Shown here one piece after another: positions 13,701 to 25,700 of a DNA stretch of 64,000 bases. This DNA is from Nageia nagi (taxonomy: Eukaryota > Plantae > Pinophyta), in contig JBITNC010000001.1 in NCBI GenBank assembly GCA_050084985.1, forward strand, positions 3,782,001-3,846,000, read 5' to 3'. A program made the translations under genes and the position numbers. Position 1 is the first letter of the stretch, and each line of letters starts with the position of its first letter. The notes under the pieces were generated by a model, which was given only the letters and a program-made list of their open reading frames with translations, was not told the DNA's origin and made no database searches.

Positions 13701-14888
13701 TGCAAGTCTATGGATTTCCAATCACTTGGAAACATGCGCCTAGGATTTTAGGGCACTTTCATTGTTCAAAATAAAAAATTTGTAGACCTCAATGGATTTC
13801 CATTGGCTTGGAAAATTGCACCTAGGCTTGGAGGGTTCAAAACTTGGCCAAAATCGAAAATTTCAAGTCCTAATTGTGTTAGAAATAACCTTATCTCTCC
13901 AATGATGCTCTTAGACTTGACTTTCGACACTGTTTGCATTTGTCTCTTGAAACTTTTTCATATTTTACCATTCTTGGGCACTATGTGTCAAAACCTGGGC
14001 TCTAATATCACTAAAATCCTCAAATTGTGCTCTTGGGCACACCTTGTGCATTCCGGATCCATATCTACCATTTTCGAGCTTGAACTCGAACAAATCCACA
14101 CTTTCCGTCATATCTGAGCTCGAACTTGTCATTTCCCGATCATTCTCGAGCTTGAACTCTGAAAAATGATCATTTGCAGCATTTACGGTCAAAACCAAGC
14201 TTAAGTTCTGAAAAATGATCATGTTCGGCATTTTCGGCACTTTAGAAAAACTCTACATTTTCGGCCCTTTCCGGTCAAAACCAAGCCTTACGTGCATTCC
14301 TGGCCAAAACCACATTTTCCGGGTCCAAAATGTGCAAAAACGCACATTCTTGGCTTGTTGACCACTTTCGGTCTCAAAATTGACAAAAACGCACATTTTC
14401 CATAATACTTGACCTTTCTAGCTTTTTGGGGTTAAAATTGACAAAAATGCTTATTTTTGTCATCTTAGCCATATTTATTGCACTTGGACTCAAACTTGAT
14501 GAAAACGCTAATCTTCGTCACCCAGTCACCTTTATGCTTGAATTCTGCAAAAAACACGCCCTTTTGTTACCCTTGGCACCTGTGAGCTTAGACTTTGCAA
14601 AATCGACCCCACATGCACTGATTGCATTGTAGACTAAAAAATCCATGCTTTGATGTTGTCTCTCAGATTGTGACTCCTTAGCCACAAAACTAGTGATTGG
14701 ATAATCTGATACTCGTTAGGGTCTTCATAGTAAGATCTCCTTAAATCAATCCCTGATATCACGTTTGTGCTCTTTAGAATGAACTATCTATTGCCAAAAG
14801 CCAATCTCAAGACAATGCACCTCATTGCCTTTGCAAAAATAGGGTCCCCAAAATCTTGTATTTTGGGGTGTGTTGTGCGGGCACAACA
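10765..14888 (-). mobile_element. hairpin-ended element, copy B (no ORF)
   Basis: The - strand starts TGTTGTGCCCGCACAACA at 14888 and ends CCTTCCCAACA at 10765. TSD TTATG/TTATC. Removing it rejoins the PDS5-like coding sequence. Confidence 0.9.
12300..13930. repeat. ~183-bp diverged tandem array (at least 8 units) inside copy B
   Basis: TAGGCG-like anchors at 12408, 12590, 12773, 12956, 13139, 13322, 13505 and 13689. Confidence 0.85.
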
Positions 14889-15298
14889 TTATCATCATAA
14901 GGAGCTTCAAGTGCGGAAATTCTCAAAATCTCACTCAAACAAGAAGAAACAAGATTCTTACCTCTCATTTTGTATGTCTAAACAATCCAGGTTTGCCTAA
15001 GGACTTCACCACTAGAATCATAGTTGCTTGTAACATCGGAGAATGTGACTCATCCACCATGTGCAAATAATCTTCTACTTTCGCCAAGATGCAAAGAAGA
15101 ACATCTTTGGTTGAAATGGGAATCCAAGTTTACTTTTGGCATAAGTAAGTCTTTCTACCAATTCTTTTCCGTCCAACGTTGCCATGATCCACAACTAAAA
15201 ATTTAATCTCCAAAAACCCTGGACAAAAATACCACATATCACACCAAATAGCTCCACACAAATCCTCCACACTCAGATCTAATCACAAGCTGGCAAGA

Positions 15299-15315
15299 AA
15301 CCGACTTAGATACCA
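15299..15315 (-). other. primer binding site (tRNA-iMet type, degenerate)
   Basis: TGGTATCTAAGTCGGTT lies one base after the LTR end GGGGACATTACA. Confidence 0.75.
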
Positions 15316-15316
15316 C

Positions 15317-16273
15317 TGTAATGTCCCCAATCAGAATTGTAGCAATTTTAACCAACAAAAAATCAGATTTTATTATGCACATTCTAATCTGCAATTTTAC
15401 TCAAAAATCAATCACCAAAACCCTTAAAATGGCACGAATTCATCACACAATGCTCATAAAATTATTTTGTAAGTGGTAATGGAAAGATCAACATTCATAC
15501 AACTCAACTCAACCATGACATGTGCAAGAGAAAATGTCCAAAGCTGGACGTCCCCTCTTGGAGGGCAAAAAATATCACTTGAAATATACCAAAATGATCT
15601 CTAACCAAGCAAATCACATCAAATAAAATATCTGAAAGTGGCAATGCATTCTAGGGCATTCAAGATGATAAAAAATGTAACAAAATGTGCCAAACTAAAT
15701 GCCAAGGGCTAGGCGCTCCCCTCAACGAAGGTTTCCAAGCCAAAGAATGGGAAATGGGGGTCCCCAAAGGTGGGCGACTGCCTCTCCAAGCCACCAAAAT
15801 CTGAAATGTTGAAAGATGAAGTCTTCAAGAAGCTCCAATGTGACTCCTAAGTCTTCAAGCACGTCCCTGGACCTTAGAAGTGTGAGAAGGGCACAACCTT
15901 AACTCGAAAGATCAAAGATCTAAGTTCTCCAAGCATATCCTCAAATGGTGCGTTCCTCTTCCTTTTTACACATGAAAATGCACATCATGATATGGCCAAC
16001 TTCCTTGGGGATAAAAATATCATCATCATGGCTGACCCATCCCATAGCTCGATTCTGATCCAAAGGGGGTCATGTGACCACTTGTTTCGCATGTGCTCAA
16101 TGAGATATCATTTAGAGATCTTAGGAGTACAAGCTACACATAATTGCATCAAAGGGCGTGTGACAACACCAAAAATATGTCAAAAGCATGTGGCAATGAG
16201 TGACATGCCAAGTGGCCCAATGAAATCATCATAATGCAAAAATGAGTGAGATGCCAAAATTGGGGACATTAAA
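15317..16273 (-). mobile_element. 5' LTR of the PDS5-carrying retroelement
   Basis: Inverted termini TGTAATGTCCCC / GGGGACATTA(A)A with an adjacent PBS. Its 5' end is homologous to the LTR at 53318. Confidence 0.8.
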
Positions 16274-16710
16274 TATGCTCCTCTCAAGTCATGACATTGT
16301 ATTTACCTTTATTCCCTTCTGTTGAATGCTTTTGCTCGCTTGATTGTTAATGTTACGGTGTCCATTTATAGTCCCTTGGGTCATCTTTGGCTTACCATGG
16401 ATATTAATAATATTTCATTTCTACAAATTTTGTAGTCTTAAAAGACTTCAAAAATTAAACAAAGTTAAAAATAAAAAAAAATCATAAGATGTTATAAACA
16501 ACAATGTAGTAACATTAGTGCCACATGGGCACCCAACACTTCCCTTGACATACACCCACCATCCTTCCCTTCTCCCTTCTAAAACATATAAACTTGGAAC
16601 ATCCAGGTATTTATCCATCTGAATGAACTCTATTGTCTTCATTCTTGGAGTTGTTTCATAGGAGCAACTTTCGCAGTGGGGTATCTGTAGTGGCATGGTA
16701 GTATTTTGCT

Positions 16711-16759
16711 ATGGTTGTCTATGCCCCTCGGAGAGTCTTTGCCATCGTTAGGAAGGTTG
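16711..16759 (+). CDS. UPP: UPP candidate first exon (transit-peptide start)
   Basis: Either 16711-16755 MVVYAPRRVFAIVRK (donor GTTGGT) or 16721-16759 MPLGESLPSLGRL (donor GTAAGA). Both are phase 0. No homology support. Confidence 0.4.
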
Positions 16760-19700
16760 GTAAGAAGTGGATAAATGAAACTTAAATATTTTAAGTATAA
16801 AACTTCTGTTTTTGTTTTCTTTTAAGATTTGTCAAGTAACAAATGTTTATACTGCCAAAGGACTGCATTTAAATGATTTTTGGCACTTATTTATCAGTAT
16901 GATTTTTCGCTTTTGTAAAATGCTGTTTGTTGTGTGCAAATACAGATATATGTAGAAGTAAAAATACAAATATATATGGAAGTTGCGCTAATTGTCTATT
17001 TGACCCTAAAGCCAAACACATTTTATTTTGCTTTGACTTGCTTTTTTGTTGAGGCAATATCTCGATGTGCAGTTTCCATGTTTGAGATTCCAGTTTACAA
17101 AAACAACACGAGCTAGGTTCCATGTCAAGTGTTTGGCGACAGCAAGCAAAAATGTTGCAGAGGATAGGATGCTGGTACTAGACTTTAGGCAGTTTATCTT
17201 GTTGCAATTTCTTTTTCAATAAATAGAAATTTCATAGTCAGTGTTACTGACCTGTATTATTACCTGACTTCTTATTAATGAATGCAATGCATGTGCAGGT
17301 ATTTGTTCCCCCACATCCCTTGATCAAGCATTGGGTGTCTGTTCTTCGAAATGAGCTAAGCCCATGTCCTATTTTCAGTAAGGAGTGCATATTCTTTCTA
17401 TCATAAGACCTTTTTCATCTGTAGTATAATTTTATTTCCCAAAGGCTTTGTATTGGACTTCTTTGCATGCATATTGATTTTTCAAGGTGTTGACATCTTC
17501 CCAAAGAGAGTAATGCTCTTGTTTCTTTTCAACATCAGTATCCTCCAAGAATATTGGTAAAGACATTCCCAAAAATGGTCAGAATTTTATAAAATTCATA
17601 AAAAGGGATAGTGGAGATAACATTCATGTCTCTCTTTTGGGTGACTGTTTTATGTACCAATCTTTATGAATGACTGTCGATTTCTGTTGGTCATGTCATG
17701 TTATGAACATTTAATCAAGTCACCCATACAATTATTTATATGTGGCTACTAATCATAGAGTTGTAATTTTTCATAAGGATGTGTTCTTTCACTAGACTGT
17801 AGTATATAGAGAGGAAAAGACTCATTAATATTCATCATCGTTTAACATATACTATTATATTCGTCTCTCATTGGCAAATACTTGGAGATCAGTCCACTCG
17901 AAGTGGCTCAAGAAGATCTGCCCTCTTGAAGAGGCTTTTTTATATTGATTGGAATATTAAGATATATTCTATTAATATAAGAATGTCTTTCTGAAATATT
18001 TTTGCACCTTCCATCTACTAGCTGTATCATTTCAAGTGGTATCCAAACAATATCGTGGCAAACTAGTGGGTGAATTATTATTTATTTATTTATTGTATTT
18101 CATTTTTCTGGAGAGGTTCTATTAAAATACGTATCTCTTTCATTTATGTGAATGTTTCAGTGAAATTTAGAAGACTCATCATATACATATCAAAGAGGTT
18201 ATAGGTCAAATTTGTTAAAATTGAGGCCAAATTGACAAAAGCTATTGCGAAATAAGGGTTTCACATTAAATTGATTTAAGTCACAATTTAGCAAATTTTT
18301 GGTCAAATTTCAAGAGAAGTGTCTTATTGGTGCATGAGATCTGCAGGGAAAAATTCATCTTAGTTAGAGTTGATTTAACAAAGATATCACAAAATTACAG
18401 TTGGCAGCACAATAGGGAAATCAACTTGAAATCGAGAAGAAGGAAGGTTGGTTTGTATATCAAATATTTAGGAGCAAGTCCCTTGTATGAGTAAAACATA
18501 TATAACCCCTAATAAATAAAACAAGATATGTTAGGAAACAATCGAGTCACCAAAAGACAGCACCATGGAGAGAGTTGCTTTATCAAGATATCCAGTAAAT
18601 AAAATATTTCAGTTTATGAAGGTCAAGTTTGATAATCTTTGAAAAGACATTTCAAAGATATATTCTTGCTTAATTAATTTATGGTAATTAAGAATGACAA
18701 GGAACAATACTTTAAATGGGGATTTTGTGATAGCTATTGAAATTCCGAAGATCGAGAGAGGAACGTAGATGTGGATGATAATTCCAAAAGAAGGCAGAAA
18801 AATATGCAAAGATGACAACAATGAACAACATATGAAGAGTTTGACCATGATTCAAATATTGATGTGGACATATCTAGAGAAATTGATTTATATATATGTC
18901 TCAAGAATTGAAAGCCTCCAAAGTTTGAAATACATAGATTTGATAGATATAACCCAAGATATTGGATGAATCAAATATAAGGACTTTTAAGATTACATAA
19001 CATACCATAGAAAATGTAAGGTTTATGTAACACATTCCGATCAGATGAGGTAGCATGGAATTGGTTTCTGTTGTGCCTACACAACACCCCGCAAAATTTT
19101 CGCAATTTTGGGTACCCACTTGCAGCTCAAGCGGATCAATGAGAGCAAGATTGATGAAGTTTTAGATCTAGATGCATATGAAATTTGACTATGACAAAGT
19201 AGACTTTTAGCTGGGTTGAGATTGCTTTGGCTTAGAATCATCAGGCCACCTATTTGAGCCAATTGATGACTTTCTTGTGAAATTTCTAGCCTTGCACCAA
19301 AATTTTGCTAAGACTGGAGCTAGTTGCATGTTGGGCAGAAGTTGCATCTTCATCTTTTTGAAATGATGCGACCATCAATTCAGACACCATCACGGTCGAA
19401 ATTTGCAAAAGTTAGAGGTGGCCACGAAGTCGGGAAAGGTCAATTTGTCAAAATGGACATAAAATCTGGGGTAGACCACGTTTTCACTCAAAAATGGTTA
19501 AGAATGGTGTGGTCGCATGTTTTAGAAAAGTTACATTTCCAAATTTCCAAAAAGGTGTGACCAGGCTAAAAAATGGCGAAGTATGGAGTGGTCGCATGTT
19601 TTTGAAAAGTTATAGTGGTTGCATGTTTTGGAAAATTTGCATTTCCAACTTTCTAAAAAGGTGCGACCAGGCTCAAAACTGGCTAAGTAGGGAGTGGTCG

Positions 19701-22700
19701 CATGTTTTTGAAAAGTTGAATGGTTGCATGTTTTTGAAAAGTTGCAATGGTCGCATGTTTTGAAAAAGTTACATTCCTATCTTTCCCCAAACTTCGGAAC
19801 ACCCTAAAAGCACCAAATTTGGCCAAAATTTTGATAAATCCCGAAATGACACCAGTCATTTGCAAAGACCTATATAAACTGGATGAGATTCATTGTTGCA
19901 CCAAAATTCCTAAGTAAGAAGGTGGTCGCACATTTTCGGAAAGTTACATTTCCATCTTTCAGAAAAAATGACAAATTATTGTATCACTCCTAGTTGGTTG
20001 TATGCTTATACAAAGATACATTTGTAAAAGTTGGTGGAGCGACCAAGACATTTTGTGGTAAAGGTGTAAACAGGAGAAATTAACTAAGTCTTTTGATCAT
20101 AATTGTCTCACCTTACGTGGTCGCATGTGTTGTGCCTACACAACACCACCCCAAAATGTTTTGCATTTTAAGGACCCTCAGGAAACATAAAAGGAAGAAA
20201 AGATTGCATGAAATCTCGCCAATAAGATGCATACCTTTCGGATGATGTTGGAAATATTTATAGTTTGCATCTTCATAGCAGTAGGGTCATTTCTCAAGTA
20301 CTTTTCTCCTATCGCATGTTTTTAATAGAGTGCTTTTGCACCTCCTTTCAACCATGCGTCCGTGCAGCATTGTCTTTGTCATTTACATCATGCACTTTAG
20401 AAGGCTTCTGAGGGCCTTCCTTTTGCATTTCACCCAACTTGCATCTTGTTCATCCTCATGTCGAAAAATGTAGGAAAAAGGCATGTTTTCAGCTTGTCGC
20501 ATGTTTTTGAGGGAGTCCTTTTTGCACCCTTTGGAGAAGGTGAGACAAGGCTGGGATTCATATTATACTTAACTTTTTTTTGTCACCTATAATGTCGCAT
20601 GCATAGAGGTGAGTCCTTTTTGCACTTTGAAGGAAACATGTGACTAGTGTTTCAGCCTTAGCATTATTTTGAAGGTTGTCGCATGCATTGGAGTGAGTCC
20701 TTTTGCACTTTTCAGGAAACATGCAACCAATGTTTCAGCCTTAGCATCATTTTGAAGGTTGTCGCATGCATTGGAGTGAGTCCTTTTGCACTCTTTAGGA
20801 ACCATGCGACCAGGAATTTCATACTTAGCTTATTTTTGGAACCTCAAAGGTTGTCACATGTACAAGAGCGAGTCCTTTTGCACTCCTCCCAAAGGGTGCG
20901 ATCAACTTGAAGGACACTTAGCCAGATTTTGGAGCTTCGAGGCTCGTCCCAAGGATGGAGGTGAGTCCTTTTGCACTCGTCCTAAACCATGTGACCAAGG
21001 AAAATAGAAGGAAAAGGGCTAAGTGTTGGACGTTAGTGACAAGTGGAACCCCATGCACTAGACCTCAACCTGCGCCTATCTCATGGTGACATGTGTCTCA
21101 CCTTGCAAGCTATAAAAGGGAAGTCACCCCTCTTCATGTTAGTTTGCAAAATTGAAGGAGGGCTAGAGCATGGGGAGATAGGAGAAAAGCACCCCTTCTT
21201 GGACATGCGACCAAGGACAGCCTCCACCTCTTTCAAGTTTTGTTCAAAGATTTATACCTTGGGAAGTGTGCCAGAGATTGCGCGTAAGGATTTAAACCTG
21301 TGCTTTGAGCACCCATCCAAAAGGATGCAACAAGGGAGTTAAGAACTCTAATATGTTGGACATTGACTAAGTCCCCTGGTCCCACCTCCTAGTCGCACAA
21401 CTCCTATCCGGTCCTTTTGCACCCTCCACCATCCATGCGACCTTGTTTATAAGCCTCCTATTGGACCTTTTAGCGAGCTGGTAAGAAAGTAACACCTGGT
21501 CCAAGAGCAAACCTATAAATATCACCCCCTTTTGAGCATTTCATCTCTCATTTTCATCCCTCTTCTTAGTCGCATCATTTTCCAAGCATGCTTAAGCATC
21601 CATCCAAAAACATGCGACCAAGGAAGGGACATTAAAATACCTTGCATTCATTTTAGATCCACCCTTGAACCTAGTCGCATCATTTTTTATGCATGCTCAA
21701 GCACCCACTTCAGATCATGCGACTAAGAAGGGAGATTCAAGGATGTTGTACATCCAATTAGCCTCTTTTGGCTAAGGCATTTCAGATCCACCCTTGAACC
21801 TAGTCGCATCATTTTTCATGCATGCTTGAGGCACTCATTCAAAACCATGCGACCAACTTTGGAGTGAAGAATTTAGTTTGGGAAATTGACTAAGTATAAC
21901 CAAGCCCAGTTACATGCATTCTTGGCTGTACTTTTGAACTCATTCATACTGTGTGCTTGGACTAGTTAGACATTTTAATTGAGGAAGGATTAGGGTAGCA
22001 TCCTCCATGGCTTCAAGCACCAAAGTACCCACTTTGAAGGCCAAAAAGACCCAAAGCCAATTATTCGAGAGGCATGTGACTAAAAGCCATATGACTCGAC
22101 TTTTGAGGGAGAGTTTGATAGAATTTCAGCTAAAAGGCAAACCAGAGCTCCCCGAGGCCAAATTCAAGGGGAAATATGTCTTTGTTGGTGACACTGATTG
22201 GGGTGACCATGATACCATCTGCAGTACCTTTTCCCGACTTGTGCAGTGAAGTTGCAAGGAGAGTGCTACGGGATATGGAAGGTAATGTAATCATGGACTT
22301 CACCCCTATTGGCATTGAAGCAGCTTTTGGCTGGAAACGTTACAAGGATGACTATACATTGGTGCATTCAGAAGAGTTTCATGATTCCACTTCCTAGCTC
22401 GGAGACTATGTTAGGCCTTGGTTTCTTGAGGAATTTTAGAACCTTCAAGGGCAAAGGTTATCAGTGCATGAAGAGAAGAATTTTTGTCAGTGGTGGCAAA
22501 ATTGATCACCTTGTTATCAAAAGTAATCGGCCAAGCAAATGATGCCAAGTACCGAAGGGAGTTCATAAGATTTATGGTTGCAATCAGTTCAGGGAGGTCC
22601 ATTAGGTGGGTAGGGGTTATCAGTGATGGCCTGCGCTACAAGTTGTCTTTGTTTGGCTCCTCAAAGAGATTCTACATGAACTCTTACCTGGTATACCTGT

Positions 22701-25700
22701 TACTGCACGGCAAGGTCAGATCTAAGGAGCTGGTTGATGAGAGGTACTTGGGAGAGAAGAACACTCCCGTGTGGAGGACATACCAGAAATGGTGGTGCCA
22801 GAATAAATTTGAGTATTTTTATGAAAGGACTGACACCTAGGAGTATGATATCTACAAGGATATCAAGGGAGAGTTCGTGGTGAAGAGGATCTCTAATGCT
22901 GCCATCCAGGCTATTCGCATGCATGCAGACCTTTTTTTGCAAGACGTTGACTTCACCAACATCAGAGTTTATGGTTCAGAGGAGCAACCCATGCTCCTGC
23001 CCAGGTATGCCAGCAATAGGTTGGTCCTCATGGAGTTTGCCAGACAACTCTTGTTCCTAAAGGAGAAGGTCTGGAAGAAGAAAAACGCCACCATCAACTT
23101 GCCTATTTCTATATCTGGATATGTGTGCTAGACTTGGATGGAGGCAACACACATGCAGGAGGAGTTATAGCGGTATAACTTCTTCAGGGAAGCTACTGCA
23201 AGGAACTATGATCCCGAGGGGATGATTTCCTGTTTCTATGACTCTGCTTTTCATCGGCCCATTCCATTTCCTCACAAATCATTGGGAGATGAAGAAAGGT
23301 ATAGGAATGTGCAGGACTAAGGGGAAATTGCACGTATCACAACTCATTTGAAAAAGAAGAAGGTTCCCCTTCGGACAAAAAAGCCCCCTCAAAAACTTTG
23401 AACTATCAAACCCCAACCTAAGGAGGCTACTTTGAAGATCAAATCTCCTACCCACACAAACATCCTCACCCAAGAAGAAGAAGCCCTTGCTTTCTGCAGG
23501 AAAAAGGCAAGAGGCCTCGAGAGAGCCTCTTCCAGGGCCCAGCAAGTGTAGTGTGTTGAAAACTGACCTTGGAGATGCTGGGTATTGTGTTCTCCCTTCA
23601 GATGTGCTGGACGATGTGATAAACACAGCTTGTGGAGTGACCCCCCCACGGAAGCAATTCCTTCCAAATCAACCCATTCTCCTGGGCAAAGAGGGAAGGT
23701 TCCCCCATTACAACAAAGTCCTAGCAGCTTCGAGCCCTCTTTCTCTTCTTTCGATGAAGAAGCTAATGGAAATCATGACCGTACGGCTGAAGACTCTGCA
23801 GAAGAGTTAGAGAGCCAGAGAGAAGAGGAAGAGGGAGGTAATACCAACGTTGACCACACATCAGCCCGAAAACATAGCCATTGGTGCTTCAACGCCTAAC
23901 GAGATGGAAATAGAAACCATCCCGAAAGATGAAATAGTGGACTTTGGCACTTATGATGATGACGTCTAGATACTTGGCCAAAAGTGTGCTAGAGAGGTGG
24001 CTGCCTCCAAATCCTCTCTTGCCAAGCCCAATAGAAGGTCTCCCTCGCGTAAAACCTCTACTAAGAGAAGTCATGATAAATCTCCCCAACTCCAAAATAT
24101 AGGTATATCTTTAGGTGATGGTGGAGGAGATGAAGAGGACGAGAGAGAGACAGAAGAAGAGAAGGCAGGAAGAGCATCAGGGCAAGGAGATAGCGGTAGT
24201 TCCAACTACCCTAGCAAAGGAGGTCAAGAAAGTTGATAAAGGAAGGTTGCTGGTTTAGAGGTTTCCCCCTTGACCAGCAATCGAACATCCAAACCTCAAT
24301 CTCAAAGCCCTCAACATGAGTACGGCTTGTGATGAAGATATAGACCAAGACTTGCGGTCTGAGGATGAGGAAGAAGAATTGTCGGATGGGGAGATACTTT
24401 GGAGGGTGGACACCTTTGTCTCCACCTCTCGAAAGGAGATCTCTATTAGTCATTGCTACTCCAAGGAGAAGCATCCTTAGAGGGTGGAGGACTATCTTAT
24501 CGAAACTTTTAAGATGCTAGTCAAATTGGGGTTAACGGCCAGGAAACACATTGTTACCTACAATGCTGCAGTCATGGAACAGGAAGGCTATGAAGCAAGA
24601 AGGGAAGTAAAGAGATTAAAGAAGGAGCTCACAGCCAGTAGAAAAATTATAAAGGAGTTCGAGAAAATCAGTACCACTCCCTTACATTTGCAAAAACAAA
24701 CTTCTTTCCATGAGGTGGGAACTCATGAAGGAGTAGCTCAAGAATGAGATGATGGAGACTGTCGAGAGATTGTCTTCATGCATTTACAAACTCCTAGTTG
24801 ATGATGTTGAGATTAGGGATCTCAGAGCTCAGATTACTACACACCTCGGCTAGTTGGATAGTTACCTACCTAACGTCTCCCACCTACAGCACACTTTTGC
24901 CGATAACCCCAAAAAATTGGTCTACTACCATGAGTTCACCTATCATCAAGATTGGTTGAACCATGCACTTGAGAACTGCAATGTTGTCCTTAAAGTAGGA
25001 ATCCCTTTGTGAAAGGAGGTAGAGGAGCAAATGAGTGAATATCTTTATCAGCTCAAATTCCAAGGGGAGGACAACAATGTTCAAAAGAAGGAAGCAGTGT
25101 TGGCAGAGGCCCAAAATCTGATTGAGGTTTAAACTTGTTGAAGGTAGGGCTTCCTATTGAGCATGAGAGATGGATGGTTGTCTGGAGGTACCAGATGCAG
25201 GCCACTATCAAGAAGATTGAGGATTACTTCCGACAGAATGCTAGTACCATTGGTATGATCTCTAGGGGGGTGCAGAAGACCGTGGCATTCTTGGAGGAGA
25301 CCATTGAGTCCTATGGTCTCATCAGTGAGGAGTGGAACTCCGCCCATACCGAATCAGATCTGGCCTAGATCTGATCACCCGCAATATTCTCCTGTGGTAT
25401 TCTTTTTTTTATGATTAATGCATACAAGTGCTTGTCAGACTTTACCTTGATTTGATTGGTGTAGGGATGAGGTTTTGCTCCCACCAGATCAGATTTGTCA
25501 GACTCATTCATGAGTCTAACCGATGCAGGGATGAGGTTTCGCACCCGCTGGTTTTGATGTCAGACTTTTTAGTCTATTTGTTGCATATCTGATTTTCTGT
25601 TGGATAGAATAGAGGTAGAATAGATGCATTGCGGCTGTGGCATCTATATTTTGTCAGCTTTAGATGCCACTTACATAGGTTTGCATGATGATATTTGATT

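Larger units (their letters stand above)
10342..15185 (-). pseudogene. intronless PDS5 N-terminal-domain-like ORF in an LTR retroelement, split by copy B
   Basis: MATLDGKELVERL..KDVLLCILAKVEDYLHMVDES..KPGLFRH..LVSSCLSEILRISALEAPYDD (15185-14891, with two frameshifts) joins NTLRTIIGMLVDSFESLGDVTSFYFSRRVAILE..MLDLDMDEMIYRMFQHF (from ~10760). This matches the plant PDS5 N-terminal motifs CISEITRITAPDAPYDD and MLDLECD..MFQHF. Confidence 0.85.

Noticed and set aside
3964-14888. One 10.9-kb DNA transposon with long terminal inverted repeats
   Set aside because: The outer flanks (CTATG versus TTATC) do not match, whereas A and B each have their own TSD and 3' end. They are two independent insertions in opposite orientation.
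1-16273. LTRs at 1-861 and 15317-16273 as the two LTRs of one element
   Set aside because: They share only the TGTAATGTCCC terminus. The sequence beyond it is dissimilar by eye.
12300-21860. CRISPR-like repeat-spacer arrays
   Set aside because: The 'spacers' are homologous to each other, the context is eukaryotic and there are no cas genes.
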